From contig OZ024750.1 of the NCBI GenBank assembly GCA_964016885.1, forward strand, positions 36,580,001 through 36,644,000: a stretch of DNA of 64,000 nucleotides. The letters are read 5' to 3'. This document shows, piece after piece, positions 11,400-23,949 of the stretch. Numbering within the stretch: position 1 is the first letter of the stretch; every line of letters begins with the position of its first letter. The stretch is from Eledone cirrhosa (lineage: Eukaryota). A program made the position numbers and the translations under genes. Under the pieces are notes generated by a model, which searched no databases, was not told the DNA's origin, and was given only the letters and a program-made list of their open reading frames with translations.

Positions 11400-11742
11400 T
11401 CATTTTCATTTCATTTCATTTTACGTCCGCTTTTTCCCTGCTTGCAAGGGTGGGACTGGAACTGATTCTGGCTTGATTTCTACAGCTGGATGCCCTTCCT
11501 AACACCAACCTCATTTACAGTGAGTGCTGGCTGCTTTTTTGCCATGGCACCTCCACGACCACTTTGCAGTGGAATGATATGGACCCGTGTCCCTATCATC
11601 TCATTTCTACAGCTGAGTAAACTGGAGCAATGTGAAATAAAGTGTCTTTCTCAAGGAAACAACACATCACCCGGTCTGAGAATTGAACTCACAACCTTTT
11701 GATTGCAACGCCAATGCTCTAACCACTAAGCCATGTGCCTCA
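11400..11742 (-). mobile_element. SINE-A copy
   Basis: Full-length match to 6913-7238. Confidence 0.85.
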
Positions 11743-11765
11743 CATATATATATATTTCATTCATT

Positions 11766-11912
<147 letters not shown>

Positions 11913-11942
11913 ATACATGTATATATATGTGAGTGTATATGT

Positions 11943-12108
11943 ATCATCATCAACATCATCTTCGTTTAACGTCCATCTTCCATGCTAGCATGGGTTAGAC
12001 GGGAGTTGTCCCACTTGAGGCAAGGTTGGTCGGGTGACTGTGTCTTGCTCATATAGGACTATCTACCAGGTTTTCTATGGCTGTATGCCCTTCCTAACAC
12101 CAACCCCA
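11943..12108 (-). mobile_element. RTE 3'-UTR terminus
   Basis: catcatc tail, gctagcatgggttagacggg, tgcccttcctaacaccaacc. Confidence 0.7.
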
Positions 12109-12109
12109 T

Positions 12110-12201
12110 ACATGTGTCAAGTTTCATCAAGATCTGTTTGGCAGTTTTTGAGTTAAACAAACAAACAAACAGACAGACAATTGCCATTTATGTATATAGA
12201 T
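12110..12201 (-). mobile_element. Helitron-type non-autonomous element, 5'-end fragment
   Basis: caagtttcatcaagatc...(acaa)n acagacagac...tatatagat, typical of small invertebrate Helitron ends (TC start on the minus strand). Confidence 0.45.
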
Positions 12202-12254
12202 TTCTGGTTGGTTAGTTTGTTTCGATGACTGGATGGTTGTTTATTTATTGTGGG

Positions 12255-12998
12255 TATATAATGAACAAGTGCGGGTTGAGGACCGAACTCTGATGTACAC
12301 CTACTTGCATCTGGAATTCCTCTCTAGACTCCATTCCTACTCTCACTTTATTGACAGCACCCCTGTACATAGCTTGCACTGACCTCACAAACCATTCCTC
12401 TAAACCTAGTTTCCTTAGTGACCACCAGATGACAGATCGGGGTACCCTACCAAAGGCCTTCTCTAGGTCAACAAAAGCTAAGTATAGTGGCTTATTCTTC
12501 TCTAAAAACCTCTCTTGTAGTTGTCTCACTAAGAAGAGGGCATCGGTTGAACTTTCTCCAGGCACAAAACCAAACTGCATCTCATCTAATTTGACCCTTT
12601 CTCTAATCAGTTGCGCTAATATTCTCTCTGCCACTTTCATAACCTGATCCATCAGCTTTATGCCCCTATAGTTGCTCCTCTCCAGAGCATCCTACTTACC
12701 TTTGTAGCAATTTATGAGAATACTGCTGCACCACTGCCATATATAGCTTGATTGATGATGCGTGCAACCAGTTTAGTGCTTACTTCTCCTGATGCCTTCA
12801 GCATCTCAGCAACTATCCCCGACTATCCCCCTTACCATTTTTCATTTCCTTCATTGCCTCTTGGACCCTATATTTGTCAATCTCAATAGCTGATCCATCT
12901 GTCGGGTCTACTGGGGGTAATTTCTCTCTCTCCCATTTGTTCTCCACATTCATCAGTCTCTCATAATGACATTTCCAGGCCTCCTTTTTTCTGATCAT
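12255..12998 (-). mobile_element. RTE RT fragment, degenerate
   Basis: MQFGFVPG, LAFVDLEKAF, VGVHQSSVL. Confidence 0.9.
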
Positions 12999-13757
12999 TG
13001 AAGAAATATATTAGTTTAACGCTTGATATAGTAGGAAAAGAGTCTTACCATTTCAGACACTAGTCCTATACCAGAAGAGAAAATGAGAAATAAAAGATGT
13101 AATAAGAGAGTGAGAAGAGGAATGAACGGAAAGTTCTAGCTTTACTTTTTGAGATTAAATACTATTTTTAAGGATGGATTCTGGCAGATTAAAAATGATA
13201 TACCCCTACAATTCCTCTATACATAAATACTATTTATTTTATTTTATTCTTTCCCCCCACCAAGCAATCTTGATATTTACTTTATTTGTCAATGATCTAT
13301 AGTTTTTATTTCTAATAATAGAAGTTTTTCGCTCATAAGAAATCACCTGTGTTTTCAATATAATCAATGGCCTTTTATCATTTCATCTAATTTACAACAG
13401 AAAAGACATCGTTATAAAGCTTACTATCAAGCTTTTCTAATTATTGAATAATTCACAATTATTTATTAAACAAATACATCCAACAACAATAATATAATAA
13501 CGAAAAAACTTTTAGAAATAAATATGTTTGTTATAATTGAAATAGAGGCAAGATGGCTAATAAGGAAAGTGGGTAAAGATGGTAATGATAATGGAAATTA
13601 TAAACCTTTGATGTAATTGATTAGAATGAAGGCAATGATGAAAGAGAAGTTGGTGTGGAATGGCAGTGGAGAACGAAACAAGGAACAAAGTGAAAGTCAC
13701 AATGAAATACATAGTAGCCATTGTATGATGAAAATAGATAGAGGCGCAGATAGAGGT

Positions 13758-14098
13758 GGAGGCACATGGCTTAGTGGTTAGAGCATTGGCCTTGCAATTG
13801 AAAGGTTGTGAGTTCAATTCTCAGGCCGGGTGATGTGTTGTTTCCTTGAGCAAGACACTTTATTTCACATTGCTCCAGTTTACTCAGCTGTAGAAATGAG
13901 ATGATAGGGACTGGAGTCCATATCATTCCACTGCAAAGTGGTCATGGAGGTGCCACGGCAAAAAAGCACCCAGCACTCACTGTAAATGAGGTTGGTGTTA
14001 GGAAGGGCATCCAGCTGTAGAAATCAAGCCAGAATCAGTTCCCGTCCCACCCTTGCAAGCAGGGAAAAGCGGACGTAAAATGAAATGATGATGATGAT
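13758..14098 (+). mobile_element. SINE-A copy
   Basis: Full-length match. Confidence 0.87.
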
Positions 14099-14129
14099 CA
14101 AATGATAGAGTCATATGTAGTAGGCTATA

Positions 14130-14330
14130 AAAACAATAATTGTTTCTACTTTTAGCACAAGGCCAGCAATTACCCCAGTGCATTACTGGTACTTTATTTT
14201 ATCGACCCCCGTAAGAATGAAAGGCAAAGTTAACCTCCACCGAATTTGAACTCAGAACGCAAAGGGCCATAACTCTGTGTTGCAAAGCATGGTGTATGAC
14301 GCTGTACCATTTCTGCCAATCCCCCACCTA
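14130..14330 (-). mobile_element. SINE-M (tRNA-derived, Meta-domain-like)
   Basis: Reverse complement of gagttcaaatcccgccgaggttaactttgcctttcatccttacggggtcgataaaataaagtacc. Confidence 0.8.
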
Positions 14331-14358
14331 AGCTCCAAAAACAATAATATAGTATTAT

Positions 14359-14705
14359 GTGAAGGTGCATGGTTTAATGGTTAGAGCGTTGGGTTTGTAA
14401 TCTTGAGGTTGTGAGTTCAATTCTCAAACCTGGGTGATGCGTTGTTTCCTTGAGTAGACACTTTATTCCATGTTGGTCCTGTTTACTCAGCTGTAGAAAT
14501 GAGTTGCGACATCACTGGTACCAAACTGTATCAGCCATTGCTTTTCTCTTGGACAACATCGGTAGTGTAGAGAAAGGAGACTGGTATACATGGGCGACTG
14601 CTGGCCTTCCACAAACAACCTTGCCTGGACTTCTGCCTCAGAGTGGAACTTTCTATGTACAAATCCCGTGGTCATTAATGACCAAAGGCTATGTTTACCT
14701 TTTTC
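14359..14705 (+). mobile_element. SINE-B copy
   Basis: tRNA/CORE head shared with SINE-A up to ctcagctgtagaaatgag, then a distinct body. Confidence 0.8.
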
Positions 14706-14829
14706 TTTTTTTAGTATTAGGAGAGATGTTTTATATGAAACAAAATAACAGCGTTAGGAAATAAGTTTTAAATATAAACAAAAGAAGTATATGAAAACTC
14801 AGATTTAATTCTCTTGCCAATGTAAAGCT

Positions 14830-15230
14830 AATAATTGTTTCTACTTTAGGCACAAGGCCAGCAATTACCCAGTACATTACTGGTACTTTATTTTATCGAC
14901 CCCATAAGGATGAAAGGCAAAGTCAACCTCGGCGGGATTTGAACTCAGATCGTAAAGGGACATAACTATGCTGCAAAGCATGCCGTTCGACCCTCTACCG
15001 ATACTGCCAATCCAATGGTTTCTGATTTAGGCACAAGGACAAAATTTTGGGGGGAAGGGAAAGTCGATTAAATCAACTCCAGTGTGTAGTATGTTACTGG
15101 TACTTTATTTTATTGACACCGTAAGGAAGAAAAGCAAAGCTAACCTTGGCAGGATTTGAACTCAGAATGTAAAGGAATGTAACTATATGCCACAAAACAT
15201 GTTGTCCGATGCTCCACCGATTACTGCCAA
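14830..15230 (-). mobile_element. Two adjacent SINE-M copies
   Basis: Two repeats of the Meta-like core. Confidence 0.8.
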
Positions 15231-15729
15231 TAAGAAAATGGTTCATAAATTTTAATCTTTCTCTGAAAAAGAAGACTAACTAAAATAAGACTAACTAAAA
15301 AAAAAATATATTAAAATTGACTGATTATTAGAAGAAATCAGGTGCATAAGATTATTGATGACTGATAGAAATAAAGAGTTTTATGGGGAAGGGGTTAATA
15401 GAAGAAGTAATAAAATTTGATTAAGATTCTTTAAATTAACCAAAACTAATTAAGTTGTATTTCAGTTTATGGCAGTGGACAATACATTGAACTAATTAAG
15501 ATAGACATTTATAGATAGAATAATGGAAAGATTGGAAACTGATAATGGTAGGAGAAAAATTAATATACTACAAAATGAATAGAAGTAATAAAGATACAAG
15601 ATTTTTGGAATCTTTCAAGTATAGGCCAAAAATAATTAAGAAATATTTGTTTGGAGAAAAAGCTGTATCATGTTTAGCCAATTATTCACAATTAATTTTC
15701 AGTGTTTGCACATATTTGGCTTTCACTAA

Positions 15730-15990
15730 TTTTCGGCGACTAACCCAGGTTCTGCTGCATGTTGGGCAGAGGAGGGTAACCTCTCTAAATATTGGTCGCT
15801 CTCCGACAGGTTTGCAGTGGAGACTTCTGGTGTCCTTGACCACCTGTCTGCTCACCACCATTGGCACAGGGTTTGAGCCTCATGAGTTGGAACCCCAAGG
15901 TGTGAGCCTCATGAGTTGCAAAGGTTCTTCCAACACATCTCCATCACCATTTTCTGGGGAAACACTTTATCTATTCTGCTGGCCTTGCGT
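15730..15990 (-). repeat. Unclassified interspersed repeat family X
   Basis: ggagacttctggtgtccttg...ccccaaggtgtgagc...ggggaaacac shared with 21950-22180. Confidence 0.65.
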
Positions 15991-16020
15991 CAAAAGTTGA
16001 AACATAATTATTATGTACAG

Positions 16021-16680
16021 AGGGCGGTGGATTGGCGGTAGAGGGTCTGACCCCATGCTTTGCAGCAAAGAATTACGGCCCTTGCCATTCTGAGTTCAAA
16101 TCCCGCCGAGGTTAACTTTGCCTTTCATCCTTACGGGGTCGAAAAATAAAGTACCAGTAATACACTGGGATAATTGCTGGCCTTGTGCCAAAAGTAGAAA
16201 CAATTATTTAGTATAAATCCCGCCGAGGTTAACTTTGCCTTTCATCATTACGGGGTCGAAAAATAAAGTACCAGTAATACACTGGGATAATTGCTGGCCA
16301 TGTGCCAAAAGTAGAAACAGTTATTTAGTATAAATACCGCCGAGGTTAACTTTGCCTTTCATCCTTACGGGGGTCAAAAAATAAAGTACCAGTAATACAC
16401 TGGGATAATTGCTGGCCATGTGCCAAAAGTAGAAACAGTTATTTAGTATAAATACCGCCGAGGTTAACTTTGCCTTTCATCCTTACGGGGGTCAAAAAAT
16501 AAAGTACCAGTAATACACTGGGATAATTGCTGGCCTTGTGCCAAAAGTAGAAACAGTTATTTAGTATAAATACCGCCAAGGTTAACTTTGCCTTTCATCC
16601 TTACGGGGGTCGAAAAATAAAGTACCAGTAATACACTGGGATAATTGCTGGCCATGTGCCAAAAGTAGAAACAATTATTA
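16021..16680 (+). repeat. SINE-M with five tandem 117-118-bp copies of its 3' half
   Basis: Unit starts at 16098, 16215, 16332, 16450 and 16568. Confidence 0.92.
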
Positions 16681-16764
16681 TTATGTACAAAAGCTACTTA
16701 AGGTAATTCTGATCAATATTTGATTTTTCCCCAGTTTTATTGAATGATAATATTTTCCTGCCAG

Positions 16765-16826
16765 CTGATCGTTTCAAGAAGATTGCCCCTCAACTTTCTC
16801 AAGTTCCACTTGGAAAGGATGATAAG
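16765..16826 (+). CDS. Candidate internal exon (A)DRFKKIAPQLSQVPLGKDDK, unknown gene
   Basis: tattttcctgccag acceptor, AAG|gttag donor, open frame, non-repetitive sequence. Confidence 0.3.
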
Positions 16827-17179
16827 GTTAGAGAGAGAAGTGCTTCCCCTCAATATATCTGTTAAAAAGTGGACTGAATGTAGCAAGAATAACACTGTTG
16901 AATTGGCTTAATCTCAGCATGTGCCTGTAGGTTGGAGAGATGAAAGGAGAGAGAGGGACATGCCTATGGTACCCTTGATGATCAGAGTGACCTTAGATCT
17001 ATGGGTTGCCTTAATTACCCGTTGGGTCTTTTTCTTCAACTATTAGAGACTTCTCTTGATATGAATTTATTGTTATTTTGCTTGTTTCATGTAAATCACG
17101 ACTGCCTCTGTATATTTATATTGTCCTTAATGATTTCATTACTAGCAGCGAATAAATACATTATTATTATTATTATTAT

Positions 17180-17400
17180 TAGGGTGGTGGATAGGCAGAA
17201 TCGGTAGAGTGTCGGACAGAATGCTTTGCAGTATTTAATTACAGCCCTTTACTTTCTGAGTTCAAATCCCGCAGAGGTTAGCTTTGCTTTTCATACTTGC
17301 GGGGTCGATAAAATAAAGTACCAGTAATGCACTGAAGTCGATTTAATCAACTTTCCCCACCCACTTCAATTTGCTGGCCTTGTGCCTAAAGTAGAAGCCA
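17180..17400 (+). mobile_element. SINE-M copy
   Basis: Meta-like core. Confidence 0.8.
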
Positions 17401-17402
17401 TT

Positions 17403-17582
17403 GCTCTGGAACCCTGACTCCAGCCTGACTAGGAGTAGGAAGCTGTCATTCCCTGACGTTATCTCTAGGGATACGGGAATCAGCAGACAGGACCTGGGGG
17501 CAGCGATGGGGGACAGGGGATTCTGGGGCATGAGAGTGAGATCCATCATCTCGACAGTAGTCGACGAGTGATGATGATGATG
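17403..17582 (+). mobile_element. 5'-truncated RTE/RTEX-type LINE 3' end (distinct family) with TSD
   Basis: LWNP...FPDVISRDTG...DLGAAMGDRGFW; (TGA)n tail; 10-bp TSD AGAAGCCATT at 17393-17402 and 17583-17592. Confidence 0.75.
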
Positions 17583-17609
17583 AGAAGCCATTATTATTAT
17601 AATAATAAT

Positions 17610-17785
17610 AATTGTTTCTACTTTTGGCAGAAGGCCAGCTATTACCCCAGTGTATTACTGGTACTTTATTTTATCGATCCCGTAAGGATGAAAGGCAAAG
17701 TTAACCTCAGCGGGATTTGAATTAAAAAGACGTAACTATGCTGGAAATCATGGTGTCCAACCCTCTACCGATACTGCCAATCCCG
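17610..17785 (-). mobile_element. SINE-M copy
   Basis: Meta-like core. Confidence 0.78.
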
Positions 17786-17819
17786 ACATGTTATACCGAC
17801 ACTATACAAAAAGAGCGAG

Positions 17820-18035
17820 CCATAGCTAATGTCCAAAGGTCCTTTAGTTTATTCCTTCTTCAACTTTCTGACAACCTTCATAGAATCCTTGCTGTTTTTA
17901 ACAAGGCTGTTTTCTGCAAAAATCCTGTCTTGATGGTATTTCCTAGCTTAACAAGCTATGCATTCAACCTCTTACTAACTGCTCCCAGTGTGCCAACCAT
18001 AATTGGCTCCACGTCTACATGTCTGATTCTCCATA
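17820..18035 (-). mobile_element. R4/Dong-like LINE, restriction-like endonuclease C-terminus
   Basis: WRIRHVDVEPIMVGTLG...LQKTALLKTARIL. Confidence 0.65.
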
Positions 18036-18204
18036 GTATATTATTATTAATTATTTTACTTTATGTTCATACCAGCTATCACCTTGTCACAACTAGTGAA
18101 TTCAAGAGACACAAAGTTCTACCATGTTCAGAAAGAAAAAAACTATATTTAGGTGTTTACACTTGTGACAGAATTTTCCTTAGTATATAGTATATAAAAG
18201 CCAA

Positions 18205-18612
18205 CTTTACCCAATTACACCTCTCAAAGGCGATGACATATGACCGTAACCTCTAGCGTCATGCAGTAATACAGAAGACCCGACCCCCGACGGGTACAAG
18301 CTGAAGCTGAAGCATATAGACAATATGCCCCACACCCTCCCACTGCAAAGTGGTCGTGGAGGTGCCACGACAAAAAAGCAGCCAGCCCACACTGGAAAGT
18401 GGACGTGTAGGCGCCACGGAAAAAAAAGCACCGAGCACTCACTATAAATGAGGTCGGTGTTAGGAAGGGCATCCAGCTGTAGAAATCAAGCCAGAATCAG
18501 TCCCCATATGAGCAAGGCATGGTCAGCCGACTGGTCACTGCCCACAACAGGGACAACCCATCTAACCCATGCTAGCATGGAAGAACGGATGTAAAACGGT
18601 GATGATGATGAT
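18205..18612 (+). mobile_element. RTE LINE 3' end (family C)
   Basis: LHLSKAMTYDRNL*RHAVIQKTR followed by a 3' UTR and (TGA)n tail. Confidence 0.75.
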
Positions 18613-18684
18613 ATAGGCAGTTTTATCATTATCATCATCATTATTATTGTTGTTTTTCCTTTTCTTTCACTATTGTTACTGTTA

Positions 18685-18805
18685 TATACAGTACCAGTTA
18701 AAATAACATTTTGCACCTCATGCAGAGAGAATAAACCAGGGATCATCCTCAAATACTGTTCTGTTCCTTTCTTGATCATTCGCAGTGCTGCTACAATCAC
18801 TGTTA
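18685..18805 (-). mobile_element. R4/Dong-like LINE C-terminal fragment
   Basis: VIVAALRMIKKGTEQYLRMIPG..LHEVQNVILTGT. Confidence 0.6.
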
Positions 18806-18832
18806 TTGTAACATCATTATTATTACTTTTCG

Positions 18833-19020
18833 ATGGTGGATTGGTAGTATCGGTAGAGGGTCGGACGCCATGCTTTGATGCATAGAGTTATGGCCCTTGC
18901 CATTCTGAGTTCAAATCGCGCCGAGGTTAACTTTGCCTTTCATTCTTACGGGGTTGATAAAATAAAGTACCAGTAATGTACTGGGTAATTGCTGGCCTTG
19001 TGCCAAAAGTAGAAACACTT
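18833..19020 (+). mobile_element. SINE-M copy
   Basis: Meta-like core. Confidence 0.8.
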
Positions 19021-19069
19021 ATTATTACTTTTCGGTAGAGTGTCAGACACCATGATTTTCAGCATAGAC

Positions 19070-19600
19070 TTTTCCACTCTAGCATGGGTTAGACAAGATG
19101 TCCAAGTATGTGACCATGTCATACAGAACTAATTCTATTTTAATTTCTATGTCCTTCCTAACGCTAACCACATTTAGAGCATGGATGGTGTGATTTCTGT
19201 TGTGTCATCAACATGACCACCTTACAGGGTGAGTTGGGTACTTTTTGTCATGTCACCAATATCATCATCATCATCATTTAACATGAATCTTCCACGCTAG
19301 CATGGGTAGGACGGGCTATCCCTTTGTGAGAGATCAGGTCAGGGAACCAAGATTCACTAACACAGAAATAATTTTGACTTGGTTTCTATGCCGGATGCCC
19401 TTCCTGATGCCAACTAGAGTTACCATATGTGCTGGCTGCATGGACTGTGTGGACTAGGTGCTTTTAATTGTGATACCTACATGACCACTTTACAGTGTGG
19501 CCTGGGTTCTTTTTGTTGTGACACATACACGACCACTTTACAGTGTGGCCTGGGTGTTTATGTCGTGGCACCTATATGACTGCTATATAGTGTGGAACCA
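19070..19600 (-). mobile_element. Old RTE 3'-UTR fragments
   Basis: ctagcatgggt, ggatgcccttcc, gaccactttacagtgtgg modules. Confidence 0.55.
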
Positions 19601-19872
19601 GATTATCTCAGGAGAAAGATCTAGGATGTGTGTTTTACAAGGTACCAGAGCTTCAGTAGTACTAGCGTGCAAGGATTCATCATCATCCTAATTTTTGTGA
19701 TTGTGAGTTTCGAACACAGTGGCTACTTTTTACTTATCTATGTACAGAGAGAGGAACATACAACATAACTGAGTAAATGGGGGAAGAACTTTGCCACAAC
19801 CCAAGCACTCACCCATGACTGCCAGTGATGGAGGCATTCAACACTGCAGTGTCCCAACGACCACTAAAAGGG

Positions 19873-20065
19873 TTAACCCTTTAGCATTTAAACCGGCCGT
19901 ATCTGTCCAGAATTCTCTCGCATCTTTTTGTTCAAACTGACTGTAACCGGCTACTCATACAGATATTAAGGTATTGTTCTCAAAATAAATATCAAAATCT
20001 CAGATTCAATATCATGTGAGCCTTTACCACAAAAATACAATAATATATATAATGTAAATGCTAAG
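19873..20065 (+). mobile_element. piggyBac-type MITE (right end eroded)
   Basis: TTAA-CCCTTTAGCATT terminus; body shared with 7 other copies. Confidence 0.75.
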
Positions 20066-20354
20066 AGAACATGATGATGCAATGATGATGATCTCTGTAC
20101 TTCAGCTTACTTTACTTCCAATTTCTTACATTGAATCTGTAGCTTATGGTTGCTATTTCTAGCATACTTAAAACTGTTGTCTTATTTCTGACATCTGTAA
20201 TTCTATTTTCTAATTCATTCTATCATTTGTGTGTGCAATATCTTATTCGTTTCATCTTTTCTTAAAGTCTTGTAGAGTTAGTTTTGTAAAGATTTGTTAA
20301 TTTTTATCATTATTAATACAAATATTATAATATATTATATAACAATAATCATAA

Positions 20355-20552
20355 TTGTTTCTATTTTTGGTACAATGCCAGTGTATTATTGGTGCAATCC
20401 CAGTGTATTATTGGTGCTTTATTTTATTGACCCCGCAAGGATGAAAGGTAAAGCTAACCTTGGCGGGATTTGAACTCAGACCGTAAAGAACTGTAACTCT
20501 ATGCTGCAAAGCATGGCGTCTGATCCTCTACCGATATTGCCAATCCACTGCC

Positions 20553-20605
<53 letters not shown>

Positions 20606-20760
20606 TAATAATTGTTTCTGACTTAGGCATTAGACCAACAATTTGGGGGAAGTGGGGGCAAATCAATGAAATAAATCCCTGTGCATTATTGGTGCTGAAT
20701 TTTATCAACCCCATAAGGATAAAAGACAAAGCTAACCGTAGCAGGATTTGAACTCATAAG
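20355..20760 (-). mobile_element. Two SINE-M copies separated by (AAT)n
   Basis: Meta-like cores; (AAT)n at 20553-20612. Confidence 0.75.
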
Positions 20761-21429
20761 GCGGAGGAGAATTCAAATAGAATTAAATGTTTTGTAGAAA
20801 AAGGAGATAGCTTGTTACTTACTTTTGGAAAAAGACCAATAACTCATAAGTTAACTAAAGAATGTTATGCTCCATTAACTAGGAAAGTAAAGAAGCCATA
20901 TAAAGTATTTATACATTCATTAACAAATATGTAAGTGATACACTTCAATGAGAGTATTTTTTATAATTATAAATAAACCTATTGGGAAACTCTTCAAATA
21001 TAATATTCATTATTTCCATGGGTTCAATGTATTATTATCAACATATTTTTTCTTATTAGGACAGATCTTCAAGAGTAGATTTTAGTTGGAACAATTCCAC
21101 ATACATTTGTAATACCATTATGAAAGCATGAATGCTAATATTCATTTGTCTAAATTATATCAAGTTTTGTTTCTAAAAAGACATTCCTACTATTATTATG
21201 AGTTCTAAATTTGGTAGTTTATTGGAAAACAAATTATTGTAGTGTTTAATTTGGTACAGTATAGAGCAGAGTTCATTTGATGCCAAGATTACCATTACTT
21301 TTAATTTAGACAGGTTCAATAAAATTATCAATATACTTAAACTGTGTTAACCAAATATATCTATTCCTTTACAAATATGCCTTGTCAAGATATTCTTCTG
21401 ACAGGTGTCATGAGAGGGTAATATATAGT

Positions 21430-21645
21430 TTGACCCTTTAGTATTTACGTTACTCTATATTTACTATAATATTTTCATGGTAAACACTTTACTTCGCATA
21501 ATATCGAATCTATGAGATTTTGATATTATTTATTTTGAGAACAATATCTTAACATACGTATGAGCAGTCAGTTACAGCCAGTTTTAACAGAATGATGTGA
21601 GAGAATTCTGGCTGGATACAGCCGGTTTAAATGCTAAAGGGTTAA
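21430..21645 (-). mobile_element. piggyBac-type MITE
   Basis: TIRs ccctttag / ctaaaggg-TTAA. Confidence 0.8.
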
Positions 21646-21949
21646 CACTAAAGACAACAAACTGAAAAAATAATTGACTTTTGAATAGATCCCAAGAATG
21701 ACAAGAGGAAGTAATTGAAACATCTTGAAGCTTTATAAATGGCAGTCTAAGATATAACTCTTCTGACACTATATTTATAATGGAATATACTGCTTAAGGT
21801 TTTCCAATAATTTTGAAAATAATGAAGATATTGGAAGCATTTAGTTATATAACTAATTCTCTCGTTATTGGTGGATTGGCAGTATTGGTAAAGCCTTTAC
21901 ATTCTTAGTTCAAATTTGGCCGAGGTTAGCTTTGCTTCCAACAAGCTTT

Positions 21950-22180
21950 TAGTCAAGCCCGTAACAGCGGAGACTTCTGGTGTCCTTGGCCCTCAGAGCA
22001 CCATCAGCACAGAGTTGGCTACCCCAAGGTGTGAGCATCAGGAGAGGGAATGGTTTCTTCCAGCATGTCTCCATCATCTGGGGAAACACCTTATCTACTT
22101 TGTCTGCCAGCGCATATTAAGGGGAGAGACAGAGGCAGACAGTGGAGTTTGGTTCCATTGTGTTCAGATATATGTATATA
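21950..22180 (-). repeat. Repeat family X copy
   Basis: Matches 15730-15990 and the reverse complement of 57700-57890. Confidence 0.65.
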
Positions 22181-22844
22181 TTTATTTATCATACCACATT
22201 TATTGTCAGTAGACTATTAACAGAAAAGCTATTAGGTTATAATGTATAGAAGACATAAAATTCAAGTCATTCATTTGTAAGACGAATTTTCAGAAATGAA
22301 GCCTTCAAATTATGCATGAAAATAATATTGGAAGTAACAATATCTATTCTTCCATAGATACCCATATATACCATATATACTCAAATATAAGCTGACATCC
22401 CTCTATTTTATGTGTGAGAAATGGGCAAAAATCCAAACCCTATTTATAAACTGAAGCAGCTAATCAACACAGTTTAGATGGTGTATTTAAGCTAAACCCC
22501 TCCACCTCCATTGTTTCATCGATTTTTTTATCACATATTGCTCAACTTATATTGGAATGTATACTTTTATTGATAGCTGCCAGTTCTATGGGAAAAACTG
22601 TTATCTTAAAGAACTCGTCTGGCTAATTTATTTGAATGTGCTTCATTGAGGATGTGAAAGAACTAACTTTTGTATTGTTTATTCACTATTTCAGTTATAC
22701 TTTTATTGGGCTGCAGTCAGTGAGCCATTTCATGGTACATTGGTCCTATCTTGTAGTGTACTGAAGTAGATTGTTTTGCAAGTTTAAATATTTTTTTAAA
22801 AGGAAGGAAGGACAATATACATGACTATTGTGATTGTCTCCAAG

Positions 22845-22947
22845 TCTGGTACAGACAAATTATCATCAGATACCTTCTCTATCATCAGGAGACCTTCTCT
22901 AAATGCTTTCAAGAAAGTGGGCTCTACTAAAGCTACCCAAGCACCAG
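22845..22947 (+). CDS. Candidate internal exon SGTDKLSSDTFSIIRRPSLNAFKKVGSTKATQAP
   Basis: Open frame phase-compatible with 16765-16826; CAG|gtgac donor; weak tctccaag acceptor. Confidence 0.25.
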
Positions 22948-22969
22948 GTGACCAATTAAGTTTACCATG

Positions 22970-23330
22970 TATGAGGTTAGGCTGAAAAGTTCATAGGCTG
23001 GCTATGAAGGAGTGATGTTAGAGCTTTGAAATCTTGCATAGATTAATTTCAACAATTCTTATTAATAACTGCATTATTTATTTCTAGGGACTTTGTTGAA
23101 AAATAAGCCTCATTTGGTAATTCCATGGGAGTATCTTAATCAGCCTGTGAACTTTTCAGCCGTCCTTCGTATATAGAAAAATAAACCTCATTTGGTCATT
23201 CCATGGGAGTATCTTAATCAGCCCGTGAACTTTTCAGCCGTCCTTCGTATATAGAAAAATAAACCTCATTTGGTCATTCCATAAGAGTATCTTAGTCACC
23301 CTATGACCTTTTCAGCTGACCCTAACATTT
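22970..23330 (+). mobile_element. Mariner-type MITE with triplicated right end
   Basis: TA-tgagg..ggctgaaaagttc / gaacttttcagccgtccttcg-TA; 78-bp units at 23098, 23176 and 23254. Confidence 0.75.
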
Positions 23331-23949
23331 AGGAAAATCAATATGTATTTTTAGTACAAAAGAGGATGAAAGTATTTGATTTCCTTTCTGTGAATAACAC
23401 CTGATAACCTCCTGAACAAGGGCTATGCACTTATCATGGAGTTTTCTTGGGAGAATACAAAAGCTCTTTCTCATTGCTTTCATTCAGATATTTGTTATAA
23501 GGTCCCATCTTATTGGCTATATACTAATGAGTCTGCCCACCTGCCAGAATAAATACAAAATATTTTGTCTGATGCTCCAACAATTTTGCCAATCCATTAT
23601 ATTTAATCACCCTGGAAAGGATGAAATACAAGTTAGATTTAGCAAGATTTGAACTCAAAATGTAAAGAGCCAGAATAAATGTTATGAGACACTTGTACAA
23701 TGCTCTAGCAATATTCTTAGTCCACTGCCTGGTACGATAACATTGTAATAACAGACTGAAGCAACTGTATTTCTTTAGAAGTCCTACATATAAACATGAG
23801 AAGGAAAGGGTTGTTGAAAGGACCCTCAGAGGTTGTTTTCTATAGCGAGTAAGATAAGATTGATGTAGAGGATGTACAGCTTAAACATTTATATATGAAT
23901 GTATGTGGGAAAAATGTAGGGGGAGTACAACTTAAACATTTATACATCA

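Noticed and set aside
11490-11702. Recurrent MPFLTPT../SFLQLSKLEQCEIK ORFs resembling a gene family
   Set aside because: Antisense frames of SINE-A and RTE UTR copies
13758-13830. tRNA-like sequences with A and B boxes
   Set aside because: SINE heads continuing into CORE/Meta bodies; no complete cloverleaf
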